Shown here: positions 47,916 through 59,018 of the stretch, one piece after another | How positions within the stretch are numbered: position 1 is the first letter of the stretch | Layout of the letters: each line of letters begins with the position of its first letter | Assembly: GCF_018350175.1 (NCBI RefSeq) | Contig: NC_058368.1 | Location: forward strand, 8,866,001-8,930,000 | Source: Felis catus | Lineage: Eukaryota | DNA: 64,000 nt | Direction: 5' to 3' | The notes under the pieces: model-generated | What the model was told of the DNA's origin: nothing | Databases searched by the model: none | The model's input: only the letters and a program-made list of their open reading frames with translations | Position numbers and translations under genes: made by a program

Positions 47916-50580
47916 CGCCGCCGCCACGCCGCCTGCGGGAGCCAGTGGCTCCTGTCCACCCGGGGCTCCTACCTGGAGGGAGAATTGACCAGGGGCCGGC
48001 CCGGGGCTGGCCCTGCACGCATGCTCAGTAGCTGCCTAGCTGCATTCTAAGCCAAGTCCTCTTCCGATCCTCGTGTAAGACTGTCCTGGCATTGGCACTT
48101 AGGAAAGCGTAAACGGTAGTGTCTGATGTGCAAACGTTTGACCGTAGTTAGCGCCAAAAGAAAGAAAGAAACTCCAGTTGTTCCCGAGCAATGAACTTTC
48201 ACTGCAGAATTTCAGGTTAGTTACAAATAGCTCAGTTTTGAATATACATTGAATAATCATTGTGTACTGCACCGACCTGTGTGTATATTTAGATACACGT
48301 ATATACACATGCAGCGGTTCTGAATTGCATTTTTTATAACACGAAGTGCTGACATATTTTGGTGAAGGTCAGCAGTTTTCTAACTTGTGCCTAAGAATTA
48401 TTGGGAAATGAAAATGCATTTCTATCTAGCTTCCCAGGAATATTTCTACCCAAAATAGAAAAAGGAAAAAAAAAAAAAAGATACAGAGAAGAAGCGCCTT
48501 GCAACCTACCACCAAGTGGTCCTCTAACACAAACACCAGCGATCTGTGAACAGTAACTGCCTTTGGAACAGTCAGCTTCGTAGTCAACATGATGTGAGGT
48601 CACTATTATCCCATTCACAAGTTTTAACTATGACTACTCCTGTCGTGAGTGGCGAAGGGTTGGGGGGGGGAGCCCCTCGGGGGTTTGGCTTTTCTCGTGG
48701 ACGGCACTCGTGACGGTGGCTCATCTACAGTCTCGTAAACACGAGTTTTGCTTTTTACCCAAGCGGCAGCTTGGAATCCGTCGTCACGCTCTTGCACCCT
48801 TGGGAAAATGTGGAAGAGCCTGACCTTCTAGAGTGAGGGGGAGGATGGCCTTGGAGTTGGCCAAGACCATCCGCACTCCATCCTCAGGAAGGAGAACGCT
48901 AGTACGATCTGTATCTTGACTGAGCACAGAGTAGGAAAGCGTCCTCTGCACCCCGTGTCGTTTGCTCTCATGCGATTCCATAAAGGGTCAACCCACCGAA
49001 ACGGGACCCCGGGCCCCCACGTCATAGGCAACCTTCGGTTCTGTAACTCAACCCCCTCACTGTTCATTGAGGTGGCTCAGGGGTTCTGGCAGGAGCTTCC
49101 AGAAAACCAGCCCTTCCATCCTGGGGGATCCGTTCCAAGCTGTGCTAGACCATCACATGACCTCCCGCAAAGCCAGGCGTGTTTTCTGCCGGACAACCAA
49201 GCAGTACCACAGCCGACGGCGGTCCCTTCTTAGGCCCAGGAGGTTCTTCCCAATGGAGGAGCCCACTGAAACCGCCAGCCAGCGGTCCTGGCTCCTGGAC
49301 TGGCATGCATCTCGGAATCGGTAGACTTAGACCGTGCAAGCTGTCCCCGTAAGTGCTATGGAGGTATAGGAGCAGAATACACAAAGAAAGACGTAGTTTT
49401 GACGGTCGATACGGTGACGGCAGTGATGCCTTTGGTTCCTGTTGGTGACAAAGACCCTGCGCTTTCTCCCGATGGCCCCTCAAAATCGTCCCGAGCACGG
49501 GGCTGCCTCTGAGCCTGCCCCAGGCCAGCAGACTCACGCAGGGATGCTCCGGGCCGGGAAGAAATGGCCTGCGGGGGGGGGGGGGGGGACCTGCTTGGCA
49601 CGCACGCGGCCAGCCTGAAGACAGGCCTGTCGGCGGTCCTTGCGTGAGTCGAGGCTGGCCGGCCTCGGCTACATCTCATTTCTCGCAAACCTCCAAGGGT
49701 CTCTGCCCATCCTAGGGACCCACACGATGGATCCCCATTGAAGAAACATTTCTTTTTTTCCTTTGCTGGCTCTGCATGATGTTGTGATATTGAGTTGGGC
49801 ATTCCGTTAGAGTAGATCCTGCCACGTGGACGAAAGACACAATTATTTATTCTATTAGCAGGCGCCACCCGCAGAGGACGGCTCAGCAGCCCCGCGCTGC
49901 CAGTCAGGAACTGCTTCCATCACGACACCTGCTAAACGCAGTTACACGGCAATACGCGTTTCAGTGTTACATTAGAACGTGCGACGGACGGCGTGGTAGC
50001 CTATTGCAAAGTTGTAGAGACGTTAGAACTAAGTAATCCCTCGCTAGGTGGACTAGAGCTTTGCCCTAACCAGCCCCGACCTCGGGTACTTGAGCGAATT
50101 CCCACGTTGCTCTGGCCTCCTTCCTTCATCGTGGACGCCCGTCACGTGTCGCTCTTATCCTGAAACGTGGGGGGCGGCAGCCGCTGTGCCCCGTCCCCTC
50201 CCCCCACCCCATCCCTCCCACCCCGTTAGGACTTGGACCTCTGACATGGAAGTCCCCCTGGCGCCCCCTCCCAGGCTGGAATGGTTTCCACATACGGATG
50301 CTGCAGCCTTCCCCGCCTGCCTCATACCCACCAAACCTCACCAGCCTCTTCCCGGTGTTCGGGAGACATGTCCGTGCCCTTGCACCCACCCCTGCCCACC
50401 ACAAGTGGGATGAGGTTCTGGGGCGGGGGGGTGGTGCGGTGTCAGGAGAGGGGAGGGGGCTGACGGGCTGGCACACTTGCTGAGTATTTGATGGGGCCAC
50501 ACGCTATTTATCTGCCCCCTCCAGTTTCTGTGTTGCATATTTGTGTTTGAAGCATATTAAAATTAACTTGAGGGACCTTC
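47916..50580 (+). other. MTUS2: MTUS2 3' UTR (~2.65 kb; end approximate)
   Basis: Runs from the stop codon to a candidate ATTAAA, has no SINEs, and contains an AU-rich block at about 48170-48480. The end is inferred from the signal position. Confidence 0.7.
50556..50561 (+). terminator. Candidate MTUS2 polyadenylation signal ATTAAA
   Basis: ATTAAA preceded by a U/GU-rich tract (tttctgtgttgcatatttgtgtttg). It is the first canonical hexamer I saw after the stop. Confidence 0.65.
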
Positions 50581-52469
50581 TGTGACATGCACTTGATGTA
50601 ATCGTTAGCCCTCTCAGGCTTCGGGAAATTCAGGCCGGGGATCCAAGGCAGGGAGGCAGGGAGGTGTTTCGCAGGCTGGGTTCCTTTTCGGCGTGTGCCA
50701 GGGTCAGCTGACCGTCACCGAGAGCCCCTCTCCCCGGACGCAGCAGGTGCAGGGTGCCCACAGCTGTCTCCCAGCCCCGATCTCCAGCAGCCCTGCCCTG
50801 GACTTGAGAGAGCTCGGAGGCTCTGCTCTGCAAGGCCATCTTCAGTGGGCTGGGGGGGGGGGGGGGGGGGTGCTGGAGTGGGTTGGAAAGGGACACAGAA
50901 AATTGAGTATATAGTCCCCCTCAGCATTGATTTCAAATTCAGACTTAGACAGGGGTATGTTTCCACCCCACAGACAGTTTGATGTGTCCTAAGTCCCATC
51001 CAGTTTTATCTGGAGCATCACTGACCTTTCCCTTGAGTGGCAATGTCCACAGCTACAGCAATTCCTTATCCTGGGCTTTCTTCCCCCAGGGGGGTGGGGG
51101 CGGGACACAGGACCCTGGAAAGTTCTGCAGCTCTCCCTGCAACATCCCGAGGGCAGCCAGGACACTCTCATTTCAACCTGAAAGCGCTTGCCCCCACCAT
51201 CCCCCGGCCTCAGGCTGGCCAGCCGGACCCCAGAGTGTCCACGGGGGCCTCCCCCTTCTTGGGGTTACAAGGGAGCCCCCCGGGTAGGCCAGCTCCCCGT
51301 GGAGGTTTTGCAGGGCATGTGGCAGGGACAGCTATTTAGAGAGACCTCGAGTCTGCTCTCCCGAACAGTTGCTGAACCAGAGACTTTTCGCAGGTGATCC
51401 ATCCCGAGTCACTCGGAGACCTGAGAGGGACACCACAGGTCCCCTCGGGGTCACCCGTGCTTCCAGATTGTTGAGGACAACTGCCTACTTATTAGTGATG
51501 GACTTGTCAACCGGTCCTAACCTGTTAGTTTCCTCCGGGGTGTCTTGGGTCTTCCCCTTTCAGAATAACCACGTCCCCAGTGTCCTTGCCCCTACACATG
51601 AGGTAAGCAAAGGAAAAATGGATCATCTCAGAGAAGGGAGGGATGGGAGAGCTCACGTCGGGTAGAAACCTCAGAGCTGGATACTTCGCACCTGCCGGTG
51701 GGAGCTGCACGCTGTTCCCGCGCCTGGTGCCGCATCGTGCAGCATCAGTGGCCGGCCACCAAGCGATGACCCGAGGACCACACCCTGTCATTGCCTCTGG
51801 GATCATCGAGAGTCAGAGTCCCGGAGACTTTGGGTCCAATACTTAAAAAAAAAAAAAATCATGAAAGGCTGGTAAGCTGTCCCCGTTGTGAAGACGGAGT
51901 TAATTCACTGAGGTTTGCTGAGTCACTTATTTAAAAGCCGGGTGGCTTCTCTTAAACTCCTGGAGGCAACGGCAGGACAGCCGGGGCCCATTCTTCCCGC
52001 TCAGCCTGGAGGTTAGACGTGCTCGGGAAGGGCAGGTGCATTTGGCCTCCCTCACCACCACGTCCGCAAGTTTTGCCAGTGTGGGCACCACGGGGGGGGG
52101 GGGGGTCGGGTGGTGCGCGGCTCTCAGCGGGGACCACCGGGCTGCACGTGACCAAGGGCCCCCGCCCGGCGTCCTGCACCCCCCCCCCCCGGCCGCCTGC
52201 CAGGAGCACCCACACTCCCAGATCCCCGAGCACAGCACGCTGCCCCTGCACGGGCCCCCCCCCCGCTGTGCGCACAGTGGTCTCTTGGGTTAACTGCACC
52301 CACACTAATGTGGCAGGGTCGTGTCCGGTCCCCCCTCTCCCGCCACCCTGCAGGGGGCTGCCATCTAAGCAGGCGCTCGGGAACGTCATCGTTCCAAGGA
52401 GTAGAATCTGAAACCTCCACGGGAAAGTCCAAGCTTCATAACTTCTCTCGGCCCCCACTCCGTCCTGGA

Positions 52470-53400
52470 GCCACCGCGGTTTAGGTGCCGGACGCAGCGA
52501 CACTTCCGCCCCCCCCCCCCCCCGCCACGTGGCACTGTCGTCAACAGCGGCGTCTCTGGCTCGCGGGGCAGCCGCACTTTGTAAGACGAAACTATTGCCT
52601 CCGGAAGAGGGGCGGACAGGGCGGCCCACGGTTGGTGGTCCAGAGGTCGCCGGCTCTGTTCGGTGGCCGAGCAGGGCCGCGCTGGAATAGGCGGCCGCGC
52701 CCCCCCCCCCCCCCCCCCCCCGCAGGCTGGAGACCGGCGAGGAGTTCGGGAGGCTTCCTCGTGGCTGCCGGTGCCCAGCTGTTCGGAGGCGGCTTTTGAT
52801 TCGCCGGAAGCGTCTCGTAACCAAACCGTGCGAGGCACGGCTTGCTCCAGGGGGCTCCCCCTCAGGCGTCCCGAGTTGGAATCCCCTGTGGGCTCAGGCT
52901 TTCCTGCAAAACGACTGACGCCCGGCTGGGGACTCCTCGGGCCGCTCGCCCCGCGCCGTGCCGGCCGCTAGGTGGCGCTGCGGCGCCGCGGGAACGGGGC
53001 TCCGCCTGGCGCTCCCAGGGGCGGCCTCTCGGCGGCGGCGGCGGCGTAAAGGAGCCGGAAGGGACCGGCCCACGTGGCCTTCGCCGGGTGCGGGACCGCG
53101 GGGCGCTCCGGCGCGGCGCTCCCCGGCGTCCGCAAGCTGTCAGCAGAGACTTTGACGGAGAGATCGCTCGCCGGGAGTCGCCCGGGGGACGACCAAGGGG
53201 ACTCCCGCCTGCCCGCGGCCGGGCCACCCCCGGGTGCGGAGCGGGGATGCCGCGCAAGGTCCAAGCTCCGTGGCCTGGTGCGCCGTGTGGCGGATGGGCC
53301 CCGAGATGTCCAGGGGTCTTGCGGACAGATACTGTGAAACCAGCAGCGGCCCCCTGGCCCTTCCTCTCCTAGGGTGCAGGGTGTCCGCTGAGAAGATGCC
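52470..53400. promoter_or_regulatory. Intergenic CpG island between the two poly(A) sites
   Basis: Very GC-rich with dense CpG (e.g. gccgctcgccccgcgccgtgccggccgc, ggcggcggcggcggcg). Bounds judged by eye. Confidence 0.8.
52965..52979 (+). promoter_or_regulatory. CTCF core motif CCGCTAGGTGGCGCT
   Basis: Near-consensus match to the CTCF core (CCRSYAGRKGGCRS) inside the CpG island. Confidence 0.7.
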
Positions 53401-53989
53401 AAGGTCGGGCCTTGTCTTCCCCGGGCAACACACCTCCCAGCGTGATCACCAAATCATTGCATCCTAGTGTCTGAGAGTTAAGGCCAGTGGACTGAATCTG
53501 TCTCCTGTGCAAGCAAATGCTTCCTTCCTCAGGGGGGGAACGGGGGGGGGGGGGGGGGAAGGGGCAGTTCCTGGGAAGTGCCGGGCTAAGGAGCGTGGTG
53601 CAAGGCGGTTGGGCCACATTGGTGCCAAGTGCTTTGGCTGATGAGCGGCTTTACGCCCTGGCTGGCGGAAACCTTGGTGGGAAGCCTTCCCCGCCCAAAT
53701 GCAAGCCAAGTGTGGAAAGAGTGGGAGGTGGGGAGATAGCGCAGGGGATCCTAAATGAGTGCTGGGGGGAGGGGGGATTCCCTGGTTGAGGTGCTATTTC
53801 ACGGAATGAGGCTTTCCACCAAATGGCCGAAGGAAAACGGGGCATTACAACATCCGGCTGTAGGGAAACGGGAAAATACTCAAGAAGCAAAGGGCGAGAT
53901 CTGGAACTCTCTATGGGGCACTGCCAGGCTTGGGGACCCAGCCAGGAGCGGCCACAATGCTTGAGAACACGCTGTAGCCATAGACAGAA

Positions 53990-53995
53990 TTTATT
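53990..53995 (-). terminator. SLC7A1 distal polyadenylation signal AATAAA
   Basis: TTTATT on + at the end of the AU-rich terminal UTR block, with GU-rich sequence downstream on -. Confidence 0.8.
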
Positions 53996-56372
53996 AGAGT
54001 TTGCAGAAGCATGAGATAATGTACCACAAAATAGTTTGATTTTACAACATATAGTAGGAGGTTGTCAACATACAGTGTTGTCAGCAAAAATGGGATACAG
54101 AGCAGAGTTTCACATTTTTTTTTAAAGGTGATGGATGACCTATACGCTTGTCCTTAAAATAAAACCAGGAGGGGCCAGCAGAGACAGGCTGCTTTGCAGT
54201 TGGGTGTCAGAATCTTAATCTAGTATCACAATTGTAAGAAACTATAAGAAAACTATTAGAAAAATAGAACATCAAACAAGCAAAAAACATTATACAATTT
54301 ACAGAATAAGAAACACAATTCTTTTAACAACGGCTGCACGTTCAGAAGAAGAAAAAGTTTACTGGAGAAACCACAGCTCTTCAGGTTTGGTAATAAACCA
54401 GCCCTCACCAGGATCATCACCCTCTGTGCTTCTTAGATCCATCGACGCTGAAAGGCACAACTTAAGCGGGAAACTTATTTTAAATACATATATTACAACT
54501 TCTCAAATGGGAAAATAAATCCCAAACTTTAAAAAAGAAAAAAGTCTGTCATCAAGAAACACAAAGTCATATACCTTGTTAATAATTTAACAAAGTCTTA
54601 GCGCGTCTTCCTGACCCTGTGGGACATGCTCATACCCTGAGAAATTCAATCTGGACTTCACAGCCAAGGTCTTTATTTCATGTGGGTTTTTCAGCCGGCA
54701 GTTCAACACACTTACAGGGTGATCCAGGAGGGGTCCTTGATAACTGTGCCCTGAGACCCTTGGCTGGTCCCCGTCCCTCTTGAAAGAGAGCACTGCCGCT
54801 CAATGAAGCGACGGGCACATAAACACTCTGGATTCTAGTGATGAATATAGTATCAAAGTCAGTTGACTTTTTGTTTTTTTTTTTTTTTTTTTGCTTTACA
54901 AACCCATTAGGCATCATAACTCTGATGATGAAATACGGAGTGTAGCCTCTTGCACCACTGGATAAAGCACTTCATTACCAAAAACAAAAGTCCACAAGAG
55001 TCCAACAAAAGGTCTCTCACTCTCCCTAAGGAGCCTTACTTACAATACTCTCGTGATGATGGCAAACACCCATCTTAAATTATACGTGACAAATATACGT
55101 AACACATATTCAGTTCCATCTGCTGGTAACTCTGTAACAGTTCCGCACACAAGCGTCGCACACCTGTGCCCGGCAGAGTGCCGACGTGCCTGGAAACACT
55201 TCTCCATCCGTGCCATAACACCTCGGGGACAGGGCCTGGCATGGAGATGGCCCTAGGGAGCCGACAGAGCAATCGGCTCGTACTAGATGTGTGAAAGCAG
55301 GACACGTGAATCCAGAAGATGGGTCCTGGCACAGAGCCAGCAGGTTGGCGAGGCCCCTGAAATGCCCACGAGCCCACCTAGTCGGGTGGGGCCTTTACGA
55401 GGCATGCCCACACGCCCCCAAGGAGCCCAGATTCTGCCCCTGTGCTGTACCGGTGTTAGGCTTGGGGCCATCCTGGGCAGACTGCAAACCTCAGTCAATT
55501 CAGAACGCCCGCTCAGTGGTGGGGATGGCAGGGACGGAGGGGCGGGGAGAGAGCAGAGCCCAGGTCGCGGCCACGGCCACGCAGGAAGCCCCACGAACGA
55601 CCACCAGATGCCTCATCCGGGTGTGCACACGGGAGCGGGCCAGGGCCTGAGGAGCTCGGGGTGGGTGAAGCCCCCACGGTGGTGCGGTCACCTGCGGGCA
55701 CGTGGCAGGCAGGGGGGCTGTGATACCCGAACCACAGCACCAGCACCTGGGACCATGTCCTGACAGGGGTGACTCGGTGGAGCAAAACCACGAGTCAGGG
55801 GGCCGAGGGGCTCTGGCAACAGTATCAGTTCAGCAGTCCTTCCGCAACAGCCTGGGAAAGATGGCCCTATCGCTCCCCGCTATTGGCTTGGAAAAACAAA
55901 CGGGGCCCAGAGTTGGGCTGAGGGGTGTGAGCCGGTGGGGCAGGCTGAGGCGTGTGCAGAGGCCCAATCTCCTGCTGACGGTCCTCCTCCTGGAAGCGGG
56001 CTCGGCCTCCCCCACCCACGGAGCCCGACTGCCTCCCCGGCGACCCCTCGCACCCCTCGCTCTTCAGCAGAGGTCCTGGGGCTCCACGGCTCGCTTCTTT
56101 GTGAGTCTTCACGGGGTCGTGAGAACACGTAGGGCGGGGGGACCACGGGAGGCAGGAAGGGCTGCTTACTCAACACAAAAGGGTCTTCCCAACGTGGGTG
56201 GTTTGGGGCTGGGCCACAGATAAAAGCAGACACAACGTCCCCGAAGGGCATCTCGAGAAGTGTGGAATTTCTGATGATGTAGGAAAGTGGCCAAGACAGG
56301 ACACCGAGAATCAGTCTTGCTGGGACTGGGGAGGCGGGGGTGGGGGGGGAGGCCAACTGTCGGGCGCTTCTG

Positions 56373-56374
<2 letters not shown>

Positions 56375-56405
<31 letters not shown>
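56375..56405 (-). repeat. (CA)n microsatellite in the SLC7A1 3' UTR
   Basis: (TG)n on the + strand. Confidence 0.95.
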
Positions 56406-56409
<4 letters not shown>

Positions 56410-58914
56410 GGGGAAGGCATGAAGGCTGGGGTAAGAAAAAGCCTGTCCGCACGGGGGAGGCTTCCCCCAAACGGCGCTCGCGACACCACCGTCCTCGTGT
56501 ACAGGAGAGGAAAGCTCTGGCAACCGCACAGAAGCCACTCTCAACAGAAGCGCGGTGACCTCGCCAACTATTTATCCATGCCCCCTCAGGTGTCCTGTCC
56601 TAAGCGGGAGGCTCCTGGTCCTGACAGGGGAGGCGGCGGGGGCTTTGCACCCCCGCGCGGGTGAGCCTTGCTGAGGCACTTGCCGGCTTTGGGGTGAGGA
56701 AGGGGGAGACTCACGCGCCAGAAGGCCCTCACCCCGCGGCGTGTTGTCTGTTATCAGGCAAACACACCTTGCCGGTTGCTAGAACGATCCACGATGCCAG
56801 CTGAAACATCAACTGTATACACAGTCTGTTGTGTGCTCTCTTGCACAGACATTTCAGAAAGAGAAATTAAAGTTAAAAAAAATTTTTTTTTCTCTTCCCT
56901 CCGCCTTCCGTCTCGGGCACTCTCTTTGCCTCAAGTTCTCTTTGCCTATGTGGAAAGACAACAGACGAATCAAGCAAACAAATAGCTAACAAACCCTACA
57001 AGACAGCAGACGAGAAGAACCCCCAAAAAATAAGTTAATATTTATCAAAATATTGTACAGCACCAATCTACATAAATTTAAATATCTTTCTTTGGAAACC
57101 CACGCTTTGGGCTCTCAGGCCCCTCCCTCTGTAACATTCACAAATGATAATTTAGAATAAAGCTTCCGGCACGGCGGCCGGGGCCTAGAGCAGAGGCGGG
57201 CCGCCACCCCCCACCGACTGACCCTGCCATCTGGCCGCTTCATGAATTCCTGCGATTCTCTCCAAGGAGCCACGGAGGGAGAGGAGACAAGTGCCGCCGA
57301 TTTATCAGGCTTCGTCCTACCATATTTGTGTCAAAGGCCAGAAGGGGAAGAAACGGGAGTCTGGGCTTCAAAAGCAGCATTTACATTTTCCGGGGGATCC
57401 ACACGGCCGTGTCCCTCACCTGCCATCAACAGGGGGCCCTTCTGGCTCCTGAGCCACACACTCGAATGGGAAGGGAGATGGAATCCGTGCTCGTGTTTCC
57501 TCAGGCTCCTATCCGCAAGAAGTGTGTGAGCCATGGAGTGCTCCAGTGCGTGGGAGGGGGCACGCTGTGTACAGGGACCCCAGCTGGCTCTCCAGCTTAA
57601 AACTTATGGAGACAGGAGGTCCGCGCCCGGGCTGCAAACCCATATACAAACCTGCAGCATGTGGACAACAGATACACGACAGGGACAGCAACAGGACCCC
57701 AAATTCTCACGCGCGGACCCCACACCGAGTAAATATTTGGCCATTTTCCAAGTTAATACTAAGCGCCAACTTAATTTGGAGCGATTCACAGATGCTGACG
57801 GGACTCAGCTCGATTACATAGAAGAGAAGGGCCAAAGAGATCACCTCGGGCCAGAAGCAGCTGGGAGGACCGGCCACCGTCGCGTCAGGAGGAGCAGACG
57901 CCTGCCTTGGGAGCCTGGCAACACTCGAGAAACGGACCCGCACGCGCCAGAGGGAGGGAGTCAGCGCTTGGCAGAGACCCACAGAGAACAGCGCTCTAAG
58001 CTCTGCTGATCTCGGGCCAGGCCTACGGAAACGCAGCGTCACGTTCCGGTTGCTCGGGACACGCCGCCTTCGTGCGAGACGCCAGAAGCAGCAGGAACTG
58101 GCCTGGGCCCGGAGGGAGCACACCTGGCGGAGGGCCCGGTGCTCAGGCGTGAGGAGCGGAGCCGGCCAGCCCTCGGTCCTTCCGCCTGGTTCCCGCAGCG
58201 GCCTCGGTGCCACCGTGGAGCGGGCCGGGTTCCGTCAGCTGTCGGGGCAGAGCCGCTGCCGGGAAGAGGAAGGGAGGGAGGGCTCACGTTCCTCACGACC
58301 CCTTCTGGCAGCACAGAGGACAGGAGTGGGAGAAGGAAACCAGTCCCGCTTCTCCTTTCTAAGCTGTCCTTTGGCTCCGGGGGTAGCACTACTGGGGACA
58401 CACTGTCTGGGCGACTCATCCTGCGTGTACGGTCGGCCTTCAGGGTCAGGCAGGGAGGTGGCTGCGGAAAGTGTGGAGTATGCACGTGTTCAGTGCCAGA
58501 GCGGTCCTGCGGGGGGGGGGGGGGGGGGGGGCGGGGGGCTGGACTCCCAAGGTGACGAGAAAAGGTGGCCGCCATTCTGCGGCCGCAGCAGCACGGACAC
58601 AGAGCCGGCGAGGACGGGAGCTGTTCTCTTTGTTCAGAGGGATGTCAGGAGACACAGTGGAAACCACAGCCAAATGGCCCCAGCCGGGGAGCTGAGAGAG
58701 GTGACTGGGACCTGGTGCCACCTGCCACGGGGCAAGTCTGCGCAAGACACACGGGCTGTGGGCCGAGGCTGCGTTTCAAGTAGCTGCACCTTCTGCTGCG
58801 GTGGGGCTTGGATGTGGGGGGGTCCTGACGCACTGGTGGAGAGAGCGAGGTGCTCCCGGGACCTCTGCGGGCATCCCTCGGGGCTGCTGCCACCTCTGGG
58901 GGCGGGGCTGTGTG

Positions 58915-59018
58915 TCACTTGCAATGGTCCAGATTGCCGTCAGGAGTCCTTGCTTGCTCGGCGGCCAGGGACGCCTCCTCGCTGTGCCACAGACCATAGC
59001 CAAAGTAGATGATGAAGC
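58915..59018 (-). CDS. SLC7A1: SLC7A1 terminal exon, coding part: (G)FIIYFGYGLWHSEEASLAAEQARTPDGNLDHCK*
   Basis: Acceptor ctctcggcccgcAG, TGA at 58917-58915. YFGYG..HS motif and the CAT-1-type C-terminus. Confidence 0.97.

Larger units (their letters stand above)
53970..58914 (-). other. SLC7A1: SLC7A1 long 3' UTR (~4.9 kb; end approximate)
   Basis: Stop codon to distal AATAAA, with U-rich blocks and no SINEs. CAT-1 mRNAs are known to have long 3' UTRs. Confidence 0.8.

Noticed and set aside
51952..52824. 290-aa minus-strand ORF over the CpG island
   Set aside because: Low-complexity G/P/R/A content from GC-rich, stop-poor DNA and homopolymers. No recognisable domain.
58050..59012. 320-aa plus-strand ORF antisense to the SLC7A1 last exon
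   Set aside because: Expected by chance in GC-rich UTR. Starts at a non-ATG codon, its frame depends on a G21 run, and I recognise no homology.
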